Shown here: positions 10,606-23,309 of the stretch, piece after piece
How positions within the stretch are numbered: the stretch's first letter is position 1
Layout: the number at the start of each line of letters is the position of its first letter
Assembly (NCBI GenBank): GCA_965112735.1
Contig: OZ218950.1
Location: 7,316,001-7,380,000, forward strand
DNA from: Phaeosaccion multiseriatum
Taxonomy: Eukaryota > Protista > Ochrophyta, other classes
DNA length: 64,000 bases
Reading direction: 5' to 3'
The notes under the pieces: generated by a model
What the model was told of the DNA's origin: nothing
Database searches by the model: none
What the model saw: only the letters and a program-made list of their open reading frames with translations
Program-made: the position numbers and the translations under genes

Positions 10606-13391
10606 AGAGAGGGAAGAAGAAAAGGCGACGAGGGGACAAAACACACAGAGAAAGAGAGGGCGCAAGTGCCAAAGAGCGAGCGAGACAGCGAGCCAAAGGC
10701 ATACATACGCATACATACGCATACATACCTGCAGTTCTTGGTGTTGATGATGATGCGCTCCATGCGCTCCTCTGCCCATATGAGCTGACATGCCACACCG
10801 ATGTTGATGGCCGTCTGAGCAGGAGGGGGGCGGTTGCGTCAGTAGTGCCTTTCGGGTTAGGGTTACGACCTTGGGGTTACGACCTTGGGGTTACGATGCT
10901 GCCCCTTCCCTGTTGCCCATCTCATCTCTGCCTTGCCTCGCCTCTACCCCTTACCTCCTCCTTGTCCCCCGTGATGACCCATACCGTGATGCCCCCCCTG
11001 ATGAGCCGCTCAATGGCTCTGCCCACCCCGTCCTGCAGTTTGTCCTCGATGGCCGTGCCCCCCAGCAGGTCCAGCCCCTGAGTTGAGCACACGGAACGGA
11101 AGACATGCGAGAGGGGGGGAGGGAGGGTGGGTGGGTGGGAGGGAGGGAGGGAGATTTCAGCTCGAGGCATACATATGCATACGAGAGGGCAGGCGAGACA
11201 CCTTTGTCCATCCTTCCGCACCCCACCCTGCCTGATACCCCCCCCCCCCATCTGCTGCCATCCACCGCACCCCCCCCCACTGACCTGCTCCACCTCTGCC
11301 ATGAGCTGCTCAATCTTGTTGGGCCTTCCCGCGATGCGCTTCTCCTGCTCGGCCACGTCTGTCGTCGCCAAGTCGTAGAGCCGGTCCCAGACCAGGTACT
11401 GCAGTTGGTGATACAGAGGCGGCAGTGGGGCAGTTGGTGATACAAACAGTAAGGAGCAGACGGGCAGTCATACGTTAGGTCCGACCGACCGGGCAGGAAG
11501 TAGCAGCAGAAGCAGCAGTTGGTGATACAGCAGATACAGCAGTTGGTGATAAAGGAGATGCAATGCAGCAGTTGGTGGTACATCCCACCTCCTCCTCTGG
11601 GATGTCCTTGCTGGCGACGACGAGCGTCCTCAAGCCCTCCTCCGCAGTCTCCTCCAAGTGCTGAATCTAACGGGTGAGAAGAGGTGTAAAGGGAGATCAA
11701 GTCAGTCTCTCAGTCAGTCAGTCACTCACTCACTCACTCAGCCAGTCAATCACTCAAGTCAGTCAATCACTCGTTCAGTCAGTCAGTCAGTCAGTCAATG
11801 AGCAGCTTCGATCAAACTCGTGAGGTGTCAGGTGTGAGGGGGCATCCAGTCAGTAAGTCACACAGCCAAGACGAGAGAGAAAAGAGGGTCGTTGACTTAC
11901 TGTTAAGTCTCTGACGGCCTTCTTCTCGGGCAGGTCCTTGAGTAAGGGCAGCATCGTGGTGTCGGCCCCTTTGGCCAGCAATCGCACCTAACCACAGCGA
12001 GAGGAGGGGAGGACAGGTGTGACTAGGTGAGGTGACTGATGTGATTGACGCCGGTGACCACGGCTTGCTTCCGTTCACAGATGGCGCAAGGCCTGCCTGC
12101 CTGCCTCTCTCACCGTGCCCTCGGGCGTCCTGACGATGACACTCATCCTCTTCCTGACGGAGTTGAAGCCCAAGATGCGCAGCACTTCGTACTCGGAAAC
12201 CTCCTCGCTGCCAAGCACACGCTCCAGAGGCCCTGCCATGTCGCTGAGAGAGGGGGAAGTGAAGAGAGAAGAAGGGGTTGAGGGGAAGAGAGAAGAAGGG
12301 GTTGAGGGGAAGAGAGGAGAGAAGTGAAGTGTAGAAGGGGTGGGAGGGGAAGAGAGGAGGGGGGGAGAGACAAGGGGGAAGAGAGGAGAGGGAGAGAGTG
12401 ACTGACAAGACGGCCCCACACGACCCGACAAAGAGAGGAGAGGGAGAGAGTGACTGACAAGACGGCCCCACACGACCCGACAAAGCCCTCTCTGCCTATG
12501 CCCTCTGCCCCCCCCCCCACTAAGAGAAGCAACAGCAGCTCTTCTCCAAGAGGGGCGCCCCTCCCCTCCCTCTGCCTTGTCAAGACCAAGGCCCTACCTG
12601 GTGGAAATGACGGCGATGTCGTCAATGCGATCAGCGAACTCAAACCCAAAGTACTTGGCCCCGAGCACGAGGGCCTCTTCATCGGGGCTGGAGGCGCTGA
12701 GCTGCATCTCCTCAGAGGGGTCCTCGGAGCGCTCAGGGATGACGGTGTGGCACAGGGCAAGCGCCAGGAAGAAGCCACGAACGCACTCACTGTCCTCGGC
12801 TGCCTTGAGAGAGGAGTCTAGCGGATGGCAGCGGATGGTGTGGGTGCGTGGGTGGGGGAGAGGAGAAGGACCAGCATGGATATGGATTGGAGGCTTCTCG
12901 AGACATTTGCAGGCATACGGGAGACTTGGTCAGGACAGCGCCTCCCCTCCCCATGGCGGTAGCTCCGTCACCAACAACCATTCACATGTGCTCCACCAGC
13001 TGCTATTAGCGATCACCCATCAGCTCCTGTTAACGGTTTGCCCACTCCACCCTCCGTCCCTCGTGACTTACCTCCCCCTCTTGCCACTGGTCTGCCGCTG
13101 CTCATAGCGCTGCTCATAGCACCCTCTCCCCCCTGCGTGCCCCCCCCCCCCCCTGCCCCCCTCCTCGTCCACCTCGCCCTTCTTCGTCTTGCTCTCCTCC
13201 TCGTCCACCTCGCCCTCCTTCGTTTTGCTGCCCCCCCCCTCCTCCCCCTCCTCGCCCCCCCTCCGATATCTTAACACTTGAAAGAGGCGTGGGTCGTAGA
13301 AGTTGACATGATTGGAGGACAGCTCCTTGGCCCTCTCCTCCGCTATCAAAGCCTCCTCGGGGATCGCCTCGCCCTTGACCTAAGCAGTGCC

Positions 13392-13422
<31 letters not shown>

Positions 13423-16400
13423 GGGGTACCGTCAGAGCAGGCACGCTAACCCGTCAAGTCAAGCCAAAGAGTCGGATGGAAGATGGAAGCACTCATTACT
13501 CAACCACAAGAGCCCCCCTCCCTCCCCACCTTTAGAGCGGCGTGGCCGATCTCTGTGAGCCCCTTCCCATACAAGGTCCCATTAATGGTGCACTTGCGGA
13601 AGTCCATGACGTTCTGTGTGAGGGTGCCCGTCTTGTCGGAGAAGATGTGGCTGATCTGCCCCAAGTCCTCGTTGAGGTTCATGGTCCTCACCCTGGCGGG
13701 GGTGTCCGAGGCGGCATGGTACATGTCCAGATCTTGGTTCATGAACCAGCTCTGGGGGGGGGGGGTTAAGTCCAAGGATGGTGGGTGGGTAGGTGGGTGG
13801 AGGTGTGGGTGCCAGAGAGGTGGGGCGAAAACGTCAGTGAGTCAGTGAGTCAGTCAATAGTCGGCTATCCGGCAACGACCGACGCACGACACAGTTGCGG
13901 CAGAGGCCTCCCTTCCCCCCACCCCATCCACTGCCATCCCTTCCCCCAACCCCATCCACTGCCATCCCTTCCCCCCACCCCATCCACTGCTTTCCCTTCT
14001 CCCCACCCCATCCCATCCGCTCACCCACCTGGAAGAAGCGGATGAAATTCTGCGTGACGTAGAGCGAGATGGGGATGAAGCCGTACAGTAGCAGAACGTA
14101 GTAGAAGAACTGCACCACGCAGTCACCCACCAGCGCCCCCGCGCTGTCCAGCGGCAGATCGAGATACCACACCCCGTCTCCTGCCGAGTTGCGGAGGCTC
14201 CACACAGTGCTGCCCACGGAGCCGATGATGCAAAAGCTCAACATGAGGGAGGCGATGCGGCGGATCTCGTAGTTGATGCGACTGTTCAGCGCACTCGACT
14301 TCTCAGGAGGGGTCGACAGCGCCATCATCACCTGTGTGGGGGGGGGGGATGGCAGCGGATGGATAGAGGACGGTGGGTGGCAGCAGAGCGTGAGGGTGAG
14401 GGTGCAGGGCGTACACAGATGCAACTCCTCGCAAGCTCTCCTTCGAGGATCAGGGGAGGACAGCGAGTGCCCCTCTTTCTTTGCTTGGCCCCTCTTGGGC
14501 CCCTCTTGGGCCCCTCTTTCTTTGGTTGGCCCCTCTTGGGCCCCTCTTTCTTTGGTTGGCCCCTCTTGGGCCCCTCTATCTATGGTTGGCCCCTCTTGTG
14601 CCCCTCTTGGGCCCCTCTATCTTTGGTTGGCCCCTCTTGGGCCCCTCTTGGGCCCCTCTATCCGTGAGAGGGGGGTGCCGCTGCCAACAGCTCCTCAGCA
14701 GCTCCTGTGACTGTCCACAGGCCCTGCCCTGTATCACCAACTGCCCTGCCCACCCCACCTTCGTGTCGTGCCCCGTGTTGAGTACGAGGCCGACCGCCCA
14801 TTGACTGTTGCGCAGCACCGTGCCTCTCAGCAGCAAGTTGTCGTGGTTCAAGGGCTCACGCACAGTAATCTTCACAGGGGATTTCCGCCTCGAGCTCGCC
14901 GTCTCCCCTCTCCCCCTCCCGCTCCCCTCGCCTCCCTCCGCCCCTCCTCTACCCCCTTCGGAGCCCGAGTTCGCCGCGCTGACGGTGCCTGCCCCCCCTC
15001 CCTCGCCCCCCCCCCCCTCCCCCTCCTCCAACCCCTCCCCGTGGCTCATCTTCTCTTCCCCTGCCCCGCCCCCCTCGTTGGGCGTCTCGTGGCCCAAGTC
15101 CGAGGCCAAGGAGTTGATGTCCGAAGGGTGCGCTCTGAGCTTGAGAGTGCCTGTGAAGGTGTCGATTGACTTGTTGGGGTGTTCCATCACCACCTAAGGA
15201 GGAGAGAGAGAAGTGAGGAGGGGGGTGCGAGGAGACAGGAGAGAAGAGGGTGAGAGAGGACAGAGGGAAGGAGAGAGGAGAAGAGAGAGAGCGGAGAGAG
15301 AGCACACAGGGGCGGTAGGGTCGATGGCATGGGACAGACACAAACATGTATCGCCCCCTCCCCCCCCTTCTCCCCCTTCTCCCCCTCCCTCCTCTGCCGC
15401 ACCTCCCCCTCGAAACTGGCGGTGTCTGCCCCGTTGAACACCTTGCCAGTAAGGCTCTTGAGTTGGTAGCGGATCTTGAGGTTGGTCTCACCGTCCAGCG
15501 ACTTGGTCTCCACATAGCACACCCCTCCGAAGGAGTCGGGCGCGTAGGGCTCGTGAACGCCCACCACGGCCATGTCAGCAGGCACCTCGTGCCTGGCCAG
15601 TGAAAAAAGGGTTGGAGGTTTGCTTGCTGCTGCCCATATGCCTGCTGCCACTCGATATCGACGACCTCATGGGTGGTACACTAAAACTCAAACCAAGCTG
15701 CAGCTAAGCTGACTCGCTAGCGGGGTTGAAGCGCTGAAACTGAATCTCTTCTCCCCCTCCCCATTCCCAAACATCCCGCACCCCTCTGCCCCGCCCCATC
15801 CTTCTGCCCCCCCCCCCACCCCTCACCTGTTGAACACTTTAACAAAGTCCCCCACGGCCACTTGCCAGCGCTGCACTGTCTTCCAGCCTCCCCGCTGCGC
15901 GTCTGAGGGGGATGGGGGGTGCAGTTGAGGGGTGCAGTTGAGGGGTGCAGTTGAGGGGTGCAGTTGAGGGGTGCAGTTGAGGGGTGCAGTTGAGGGGTGC
16001 AGTTGAGGGGTGCAGTTGAGGGGTGCAGTTGAGGTGTGCACTTGAGGGGTGCACTTGAGGGGTGCACTTGAGGGGTGCACTTGAGGGGTGCACTTGAGGG
16101 GTGCACTTGAGGGGTGCACTTGAGGGGTGCACTTGAGGGGTGCACTTGAGGGGTGCACTTGAGGGGTGCACTTTGAGGTCAGTTCAGTTCAGAGGAGGGC
16201 TTAGGGACGGGGGCAAGGGTAGGGGCGTTTAGGCCTCCACCCTACCTTGCTTCGTTCCCTCCCTCCAACCTGTCAGCCCCCTCCCCCCCCGGCTACCGCC
16301 GCCTCTCTTATGTGGCAAGCTCCTCTGTTCTACCTTCTGCGCCTACTGTGCTGCTATAGTCAGTCAGTCAGTCTGTCTGTCTGTCAGTCAGCCAGTCAGT

Positions 16401-18897
16401 CAGTCATTCAGTCAGTCAGTGAAGTCAGTCAGTCAGTCAGTCAGTGAGTCAGTGAGTCAGTGAGTCAGTGAGTCAGTGAGTCAGTGAGTCAGTGAGTCAG
16501 ACAGTCAGTCAGTCAGTCAGTCAGTCAGTCAGTCAGTCAGTTAGTCTGTGAGTCTGTCAGTCAGTTAGTCCGACAGCCAGTCAGTCAGTTAGTCAGTCAG
16601 TCAGTCAGTCAGTCAGTCAGTCAGTCAGTTAGTCTCTAAGTCTGTCAGTCAGTCAGTCAGTCAGACCGACAGCCAGTCATTCACTCACCCCACACTTTTG
16701 TTGGCGCCGCGTTCGCTTTGGAATCCGCACGGTGCCGTGCAAGGTCCTGACACAGGCAGCAGACAGCATAGGGGCAGCAGGCATATGGGAAGGCAGGTAG
16801 GACGGCAGGAGAGTTAGGTGGGCAGCCGCCCCACCCAAGCACACCCATGTAGGCACAGCCACACACAGCCACACGTCTGCTGCCATCTCACCTCCAGCAC
16901 TGCGAACAACGCGTCGATCATGACGATGATGAGCAGAGGAAGCGCCTGGGGGGAGGAGGGAGGAGGGAGGAGAGGGAAGGGAAGGGAAGGGGACGGATGG
17001 GACGGAGGGGAGAGGCGAGGGGTGAGACACAGACAGACAGACAGAGCCCCCCTCCCCCCCTCTGCCTCTCTGTATGCATACGTGGGCACGAGCATATGGG
17101 CCAAGATGCAAGCCCTGACCCAAGCGATGACGGACTGACTCAAGCCGTGACTGATGCATACAAGCCCTGATCTATCTGACTCAAGCGATGACTCACCGTG
17201 ATGGGCACTCCGAAAGTGTTGGTGATGGCGGGGATGGTCTGCTCATTCAGCGTTGTTACGTAAGGGAGTGGGGCATGAGTGTGTGAGCCACAGACGAGAG
17301 AGAGAGACGGCAGTAGACGGGGGAGGCACCCCACCCCAACCCAGCAAGCAAAAAGAAGCGTCAAGTAACCCAACAAAAGATACAGGCAGAAGAGAAGAAG
17401 CTCTCCCCTTGCCCCACCGGACCCTCTGGCGCGCTCTCTCTCTCTTTCTCTCTCTCACACACACACACACTTGCTGGCCCAGCTTTGTTCTCTCATGTTG
17501 ACCCCCCTCTCCCACCCCCCTCAAACGTCAAGATAGTAGCCCCCTTGCCCTCCTCATGACCTGCATGGCCGCCACACAGAGGAAGTACACGTTGGCGATC
17601 TTCTTGCGCGGGTTGAACTCGAACATCAGGAACTTGGGCAGGAAGGAGTACCACTCATACTTGGACGTCTAAGGATGGCAGCACATGGTGGCACAGGGGG
17701 GTGAGGGAGGGGAGGGGAGATGGCAGAGGACGGGTGTGCGCCTTCCTCACCTTGACGAAGTTGTCTCTGAAGGCGTACTTCTGCGGTGTGTTGACCTGCA
17801 CGATACGGTTGGGCTGAAGGTGCGTTGAAGGTGCATTGTGCGATTGTGTGATTGGGAATGCAGGGGAGGGGAGGGGGGGCGTTTGGTGAGCGTCAGCGGC
17901 TTGTCTTGTCTCGTACAGAGAGAGGGAGGTCCCCTCTTGTGTGCAGAAACGGGTCAGCACCCACCCCAGGCCCTGGCACAAGCAACGGGGACCATCCTCG
18001 AACACGCATGGGTCCCCCCTCCTCCCCCCCTCTCCTCCTCCTCTCTCCCTCTTTCTCTGTCTCTCTCTGCCTCACCCGTTCCAGCAGTACTTCGGGCTTG
18101 GTGGAGTCCGGCCAGCCGCGGGGGTTGGAATGGGGCAGCTCTCCTTTGAAGCAGCACTGCAGACACGACACGGAGCGCAGCATGTCTTTCAGGCCCTTGG
18201 ACCTCCTCTGCTGGATGGACGCCTTCAACACCTTTTGGTCAATGTCGTGCTCCTGACTGGGCATGATCGAAGCCGCGCGGGCCAAGTCAGTGGGGTTGGC
18301 TGGGGTTGGGCTGAGGGAGAGGGACGACATATTGCTCGCCGCCCGACTGCCGCGATTGCTGCCGCCGCCGAAGACCTTCTTTCCGGTAGGGGGGCTCTCG
18401 TGAATGGTCACATGCTTGGAGGCTTATGCGCCACGAGAGACGAGAGAAAGAGGAGGCAAGCCGGCCACCACAAGGATTAGTACTTCGGCGGGGTAGAGGC
18501 ACAGGGAGGAGGAGCGCTTCCCTTCAGCTATCTTATCCTTGTCTCTCGCCCTTGCCGTAAGGAACTTTCTTCAGCCACCGCCCCGACCCTCTTGTCACTC
18601 AGGCAAGCAAAACCTCCCACAGACCCAGCAGCACGGACCCAGCACTACAGCAAAATTCGCATCGCGAGGGCCCAAAACAGCAAAGGAAAGGCTAATGCAG
18701 CAGCAGTGCTGGGCACGGAGAGGCAACGGGGGTGGCGGGAGGAAAAGCCTCCAATCCCCCCCTCTGCCATGGGAATTAACCGCCTCTGCAGGCCCGGTTT
18801 CCAACCAGCCCCTGCATGGATGCTTACCTTTGGGTTTGAGCGAGGAGAGAAGGCCGTCCTCCCCCTGCGCCTCTGACTCTTCTGCTGGAGGCTTCAT
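5393..18897 (-). CDS. P4-type ATPase (phospholipid flippase), Drs2/ATP8A/ALA-like, more than 20 exons; first exon (18828-18897) tentative
   Basis: Spliced motifs in the correct order: [31 protein letters not shown] (P4-specific), [73 protein letters not shown] and the C-tail GFAFS. Long acidic low-complexity C-terminus, stop at 5393. Confidence 0.95.
14485..14660. repeat. Intronic GGCCCCTCTTG-based degenerate tandem repeat
   Basis: Repeated GGCCCCTCTT(G/T)/TTGGTTGGCCCCTC units inside a flippase intron. Confidence 0.85.
15915..16173. repeat. 13-bp minisatellite, 20 copies: 9 x GGGGTGCAGTTGA then 11 x GGGGTGCACTTGA
   Basis: Units counted directly at 15920, 15933 ... 16167, with one variant switch near 16035. 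It lies in a flippase intron next to the acceptor. Confidence 0.97.
16358..16680. repeat. (TCAG)n/(TCAGTGAG)n microsatellite in a flippase intron
   Basis: Direct inspection. Similar tracts at 6910-6955, 11700-11800 and 20895-20948. Confidence 0.93.
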
Positions 18898-19185
18898 TTT
18901 TTTGTTCGTTTGGGCTGAACTGCCAATGAGGCACTTATATCGTGATACGCAAACCGCTCCACACGCGACAGCTTCACGGAAGCATGGCAATGGAGCTCCG
19001 TCCTCCCGACGCTGGAAGGAGCTCTATCTCCCTTGCTCCCTCCTCGCTGCCTTCCCCTTTCTCTGTGACTTCGTAATTGTTTTGAGATGGAGGAGTATTC
19101 CCCCCCGGGAAGATTCGTCTAGTAAGGCAACGAATCAATGGCCCGGCCCGGTTACATGTAAAAAAAAAAGGTTTTCTTTGTGAAG

Positions 19186-19664
19186 ATGGCATCGATGTGG
19201 GAGGACGCGGGGAAGGACGCGCAGGAGCTGATGGCACACATAATGGAAGGTGCAGACCTTTTATTGCCCAAGCTGCTGGTGGGAATCATAGTTGTATTGC
19301 TGGGGATTGTCATGTTGCAGCTGCAGGAGGAGACGACGCCGCCCATGGTGAATCTGTCCATTCGAAAGGAAGAGGCCAAGGTGGTGGACAGCTACACTAT
19401 CAAGGACATCGAGGAGCTCATGGCCAAGGAGGGCAAGGACAAATGCGTCATGTGCAGGTGCTGGAAAAGCGAAAAGGTGGGTGGGTGGGTGGGTAATTGG
19501 CAAGGGTGGCTTCCCACTTAGGGAATAATCTCTCACAACTGCTCTGCCCTCCCCCCCCCCACCCGCGGGTTTCTTACCAGTTCCCCTTCTGCGACGGCTC
19601 GCACGCAAAGCACAATAAGGAGTGCTCAGATAACACGGGCCCCCTCATCATCAGCAAGAACTAG
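19186..19664 (+). CDS. NEET-type CDGSH iron-sulfur protein (mitoNEET/CISD-like), 2 exons (19186-19476, 19581-19664)
   Basis: N-terminal TM helix ([15 protein letters not shown]), [15 protein letters not shown], and spliced CRCWKSEK|FPFCDGSH...DNTGPLII, the 3Cys-1His [2Fe-2S] motif. Confidence 0.93.
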
Positions 19665-20848
19665 TGGGCGTGTCCGGAAGGCAATAAAGGCAGCGCGGTG
19701 TGATATGTATAGGTATCTTATTTATTACTGGAGGTGCGACCACCACTCCCAGTGCGCTTTAGGCTTCCACACCACACAGCACTAACATGTTAACATGTTG
19801 CGCACTGTGGATAGTGTGTTTGATGATGATTGTGCAGGAGCACTGCCCGGGCCGGCCCTCCGCTGCGGCACCGAGCCCCCGTCCTGAGTCGAACAAGGAA
19901 GGGAGGCGGCTCTGAGTGGACAAGGAGCACCAAGCAAGCCTGAAGCCTGTCTTGTGTTGTCAGCGTCACCTTCGATCACCTCACCACGCGCGTCCTCCAG
20001 CCGCAAGTGCCGCCCCCGCCCTCCGCATCACGGACGGAGTGGGCAGCGCACGCAGACAGGAGAGGAAGAGCTTGAGCGGTGGATTGCTGTTCTTGTTGCC
20101 TTCTCGGGCTGGGTGTATGATATACATGGTACTAGAAGTATGTGTGGTGTGTAGCCTCAGGCCTCAGGCATGTGAGCTGAAGTGAAGTGAGCGGAACGAT
20201 GTTCAATAGTCTAATACACTCTTCTACAACGTCACAACCTAAAACCTGCCTGCTCAAGAGTCTGATTACTGCACTCTTCTCCAACGCTACAGTTACAGTT
20301 ACAGTTACAGTAACAGTTGGTGGATTTGGTGTGCCGTGGCTGGGCTGCGCTGCGTGCCGTGCTTGGTTTGTGGTGAGTTGCCCCCCTCGTCCTTGCCCTT
20401 CTCCTTCTCCTTGTCCGCCCCGTGAGTCAACGACAAAGCCTTCCTCCCTCTGTGCTCTGTGTGCCCCATCGATATGGCCTTGCTGCATGTTTCACTCCCC
20501 GACTCGGTCTTTCCTTTCCCAAGGGAAACGAAGTAGACGGAAACGTCGTCACGGTTGCGAATGCCCTTCTCACCCCATTATTGATGCTTCTATTATCCAA
20601 GGCTACTTACAAACGAACGCTTTAGCGCTCTCTCCCTCCCGCTCGCTTCTACAGAGGGCACCTGTCCGCCGCAGCCATTGCCCGGAGAGGCGCCATCCTC
20701 TTTGTTGCTCGTCGTCCTGTCGTTCAGTTTTTCTTCCATTCTCCCTCCCTCCAGCCGCTTCTCCTTCTTCCTCCTGCCGTTACTCCTTCCTCCTGTCGCT
20801 CCCGCGAAGTGGCACAGCTCTCACTGCCCTCACGAATGGCCGTCGCAA

Positions 20849-20900
<52 letters not shown>

Positions 20901-20940
20901 TCAGTCAGTCAGCCAGTCAGTCAGTCAGTCAGTCAGTCAG

Positions 20941-23005
20941 TCAGTCAGTGGGATATTCAGTCTGCCCCTCCCAGCCTGCCAACTCCGGGATGGCTGCGGA
21001 TACGGCGCTCCTCTTGGGAGAGAGGCAAAAAGCGGCCGCAGGCTGAGCAGGCTGAGGGGAGGACGAGCCGCTCCTCCCCCCCCCGCCGCTTCCGACCCGA
21101 CCGCTCCGGCGCTGGTGCTGCAGAAGCCACTGCTGCAGCTGCAGGGCCTTCGCCTCCGACTCTGCCTCTGTCTCTGTCTCTGTCTCCCCTCCTTCAGTCC
21201 ACGATGGCACTGCACTGGAGGACACACGGGATCGTGAGGGGTGCACGCTGGCCAAGAAGGCACGGACGTTGGTGAAGTACTCGTTGCCGGCAAGGACACA
21301 CAAATTGTTGTGCCCCGCACCATCCACAAAGTACGGCTAAGGATAGGGAGGAGAGAGAAAGAGAAAGAGAGAGGGGGGGGGGGCCAAAAGTTTAGAGGGA
21401 GGGAAAGAGAGAGGAGAGAGAGGCAAAGAGAGAGAGAGAGAGAGGAGAGAGCGAGAGAAAGAAAGAGAGAGAAAGTGAGAGGGAGAGAGATCAAGACAGA
21501 GGAGAGAGAAAGAAAGGGACGTAAAGAGGAGAGAGAAACCGATGTACGTAGTGGTGAGTCTCAAGAAGAAAGAGGGTAGGCTCTCTTCGTGTGGACTGAC
21601 ACCAAGTAGCGACTGACCTCGGCTATTTAAAGGTCATATAAACTGAAAAAAACTCACCTCGGCTCGGTACTGCTCCTCGAGGAGGGCGAGAAGCTTGACG
21701 CAATGCGCATGCGGCACCACCTCGTCTCGCAGCCCATGGATCATCATCACGGGGAACTTGATCTGAGGGGTGGTAGCGGCAGGACAGGGCATGTGGGCAG
21801 AGGAGGACAGGGCAGTCAGAGGGAGGCAATCATGGGCAGCTCTTCGGCCAGGGGAGGGGAGGGGAGGGGAGGGAGAGCGGGCAGAGTTCAACAGCGCAAG
21901 GCACGCGTACTGATAGGTAGGCAGACAGGCGGACAGGCAGACAGGCAGACAGGCAGGCAGACAGGCAGACAGGCAGGCAGACAGGCAGACAGGCAGACAG
22001 GCAGACAGGCAGACAGGCAGACAGGCAGGCAGACAGACAGGCAGACAGGCAGACAGGCAGGCAGACAGGCAGACAGGCAGACAGGCAGGCAGGCAGACAG
22101 GCACGTATGGGCACAGGAAGCCGGGCAGGCCTCCTCCCTATCGAACACCTTCTGATGGGTAGGAAGGAGCACTTTGGCCATACAGTGCTTCGACAAAAGC
22201 ACGTACTTACCTGGGGCATCTTGGCCTTGTTGTTGAACACGTCGTGTCTGGGCAGCGCGAAGAGAGGCAGCCCCAGGTCCTGCCCCACGTTAAGGATGGA
22301 AGTGAAGGCCCCTTCAAGAACCACTCCCCCAGGGCCGCCCTGATCAGCCTCGCCCCCTTGAGAAAGTAAAAATGCCAAATTCACTGTTGGACCCGTGCCC
22401 AGGCTGCGTCCGAAGAGAATGATGTTGGCAGGCGCGACCTGGGGAGCACAGGGTGGAGGGGGGGGGGCTGAGCGGCGTGCGGGGACAAGCGATGCGGAGA
22501 CTCCGAAGGGAGGAGGAGGAGGAGCAGCGAGAGGCCTTGGTTCCTCCCTGCTGCCCTCAGTCCTCAGGACTCACAACAAGAAAAAGGGGCATGGACGGTA
22601 CCCTTCCTTCCCCCTTACTCTCCCTTGCCCCCTCCGCTTGCTTACGTTGAGTTCCACGGTCAGTAGGTCCCACGCCGCCTCGATATCCGCATTGCACAGC
22701 TCCTCTGTAGGGGTCGGCTTAACGCCACCCGTCTGGGACACCCCATATCCTGAGTACTCGTAACAGAACATGTTGGCCTTGAGAGACCGGCTAAACCAAT
22801 GCAACAGCCGGCACTTCTGGATCGTGGCCAGGCTCTCGCTCGTCGCGTGGCTGAAAAGGACCCACTGGTCGAAGCCGGCGTTCACCATGAGAGCCCTATT
22901 GCCCGTGGAGAGCCACGCCGTCGTTTCTCCCTCCCCCGCGACAACTTCAGCATCGGCCCCGTCTGCTGGGGGCCTGAAGAGAAACTTCTCCAGTACGGCC
23001 CCCAT
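20941..23005 (-). CDS. ABHD17/ABHD13-like alpha/beta hydrolase (putative depalmitoylase), 4 exons
   Basis: FLFRPP, YEYSGYG, ADIEAAW, IILFGRSLGTGP (Ser), MIHGLRDEVVP (Asp) and GAGHNN (His) form a catalytic triad across GT-AG introns. Confidence 0.9.
21919..22102. repeat. (CAGG/CAGA)n microsatellite in a hydrolase intron
   Basis: Direct inspection of ACAGGCAG units. Confidence 0.93.
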
Positions 23006-23309
23006 GGCCGTCGCTTCCCTCTGCCCTACCGGCGCTGCTACATGTACTCAGACGCGGAACCTGGTCGTAACCCACTATCCTTCCTTTATTTGATGATTTC
23101 TCGCTCGTCGATCCTCGTCGCTCACAGAGGGAGGGGTCTTGCCTACTTTAGAAATCGAGCGCCTCGATATTGGAAAGCCACCTCAGGGCGAACCCCTGGC
23201 GATTCATGACAAGCACGTGAGAACAAAGAGAAGAAGAGCAGGGGCGAAAAGCATACACACTGCGAAGAAGATCAGCCCGTCCCCCTTCCTGGCGTCCCCC
23301 TCATTTCTA

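Noticed and set aside
10853-10895. GGGTTAGGGTTAC telomere-like sequence
   Set aside because: It is only about two hexamers inside a short intron, too little to call an interstitial telomere.
9747-11081. 444-aa plus-strand ORF, and similar antisense ORFs at 5301-6275 and 23986-24936
   Set aside because: They lie antisense to well-supported exons and run through microsatellites.
19784-19799. 16-bp perfect palindrome AACATGTTAACATGTT
   Set aside because: It is a tandem duplication of an 8-bp palindrome with no other support for function.
20187-21275. 362-aa plus-strand ORF
   Set aside because: It spans microsatellites and the antisense strand of the hydrolase last exon, has a non-ATG start and no domain.
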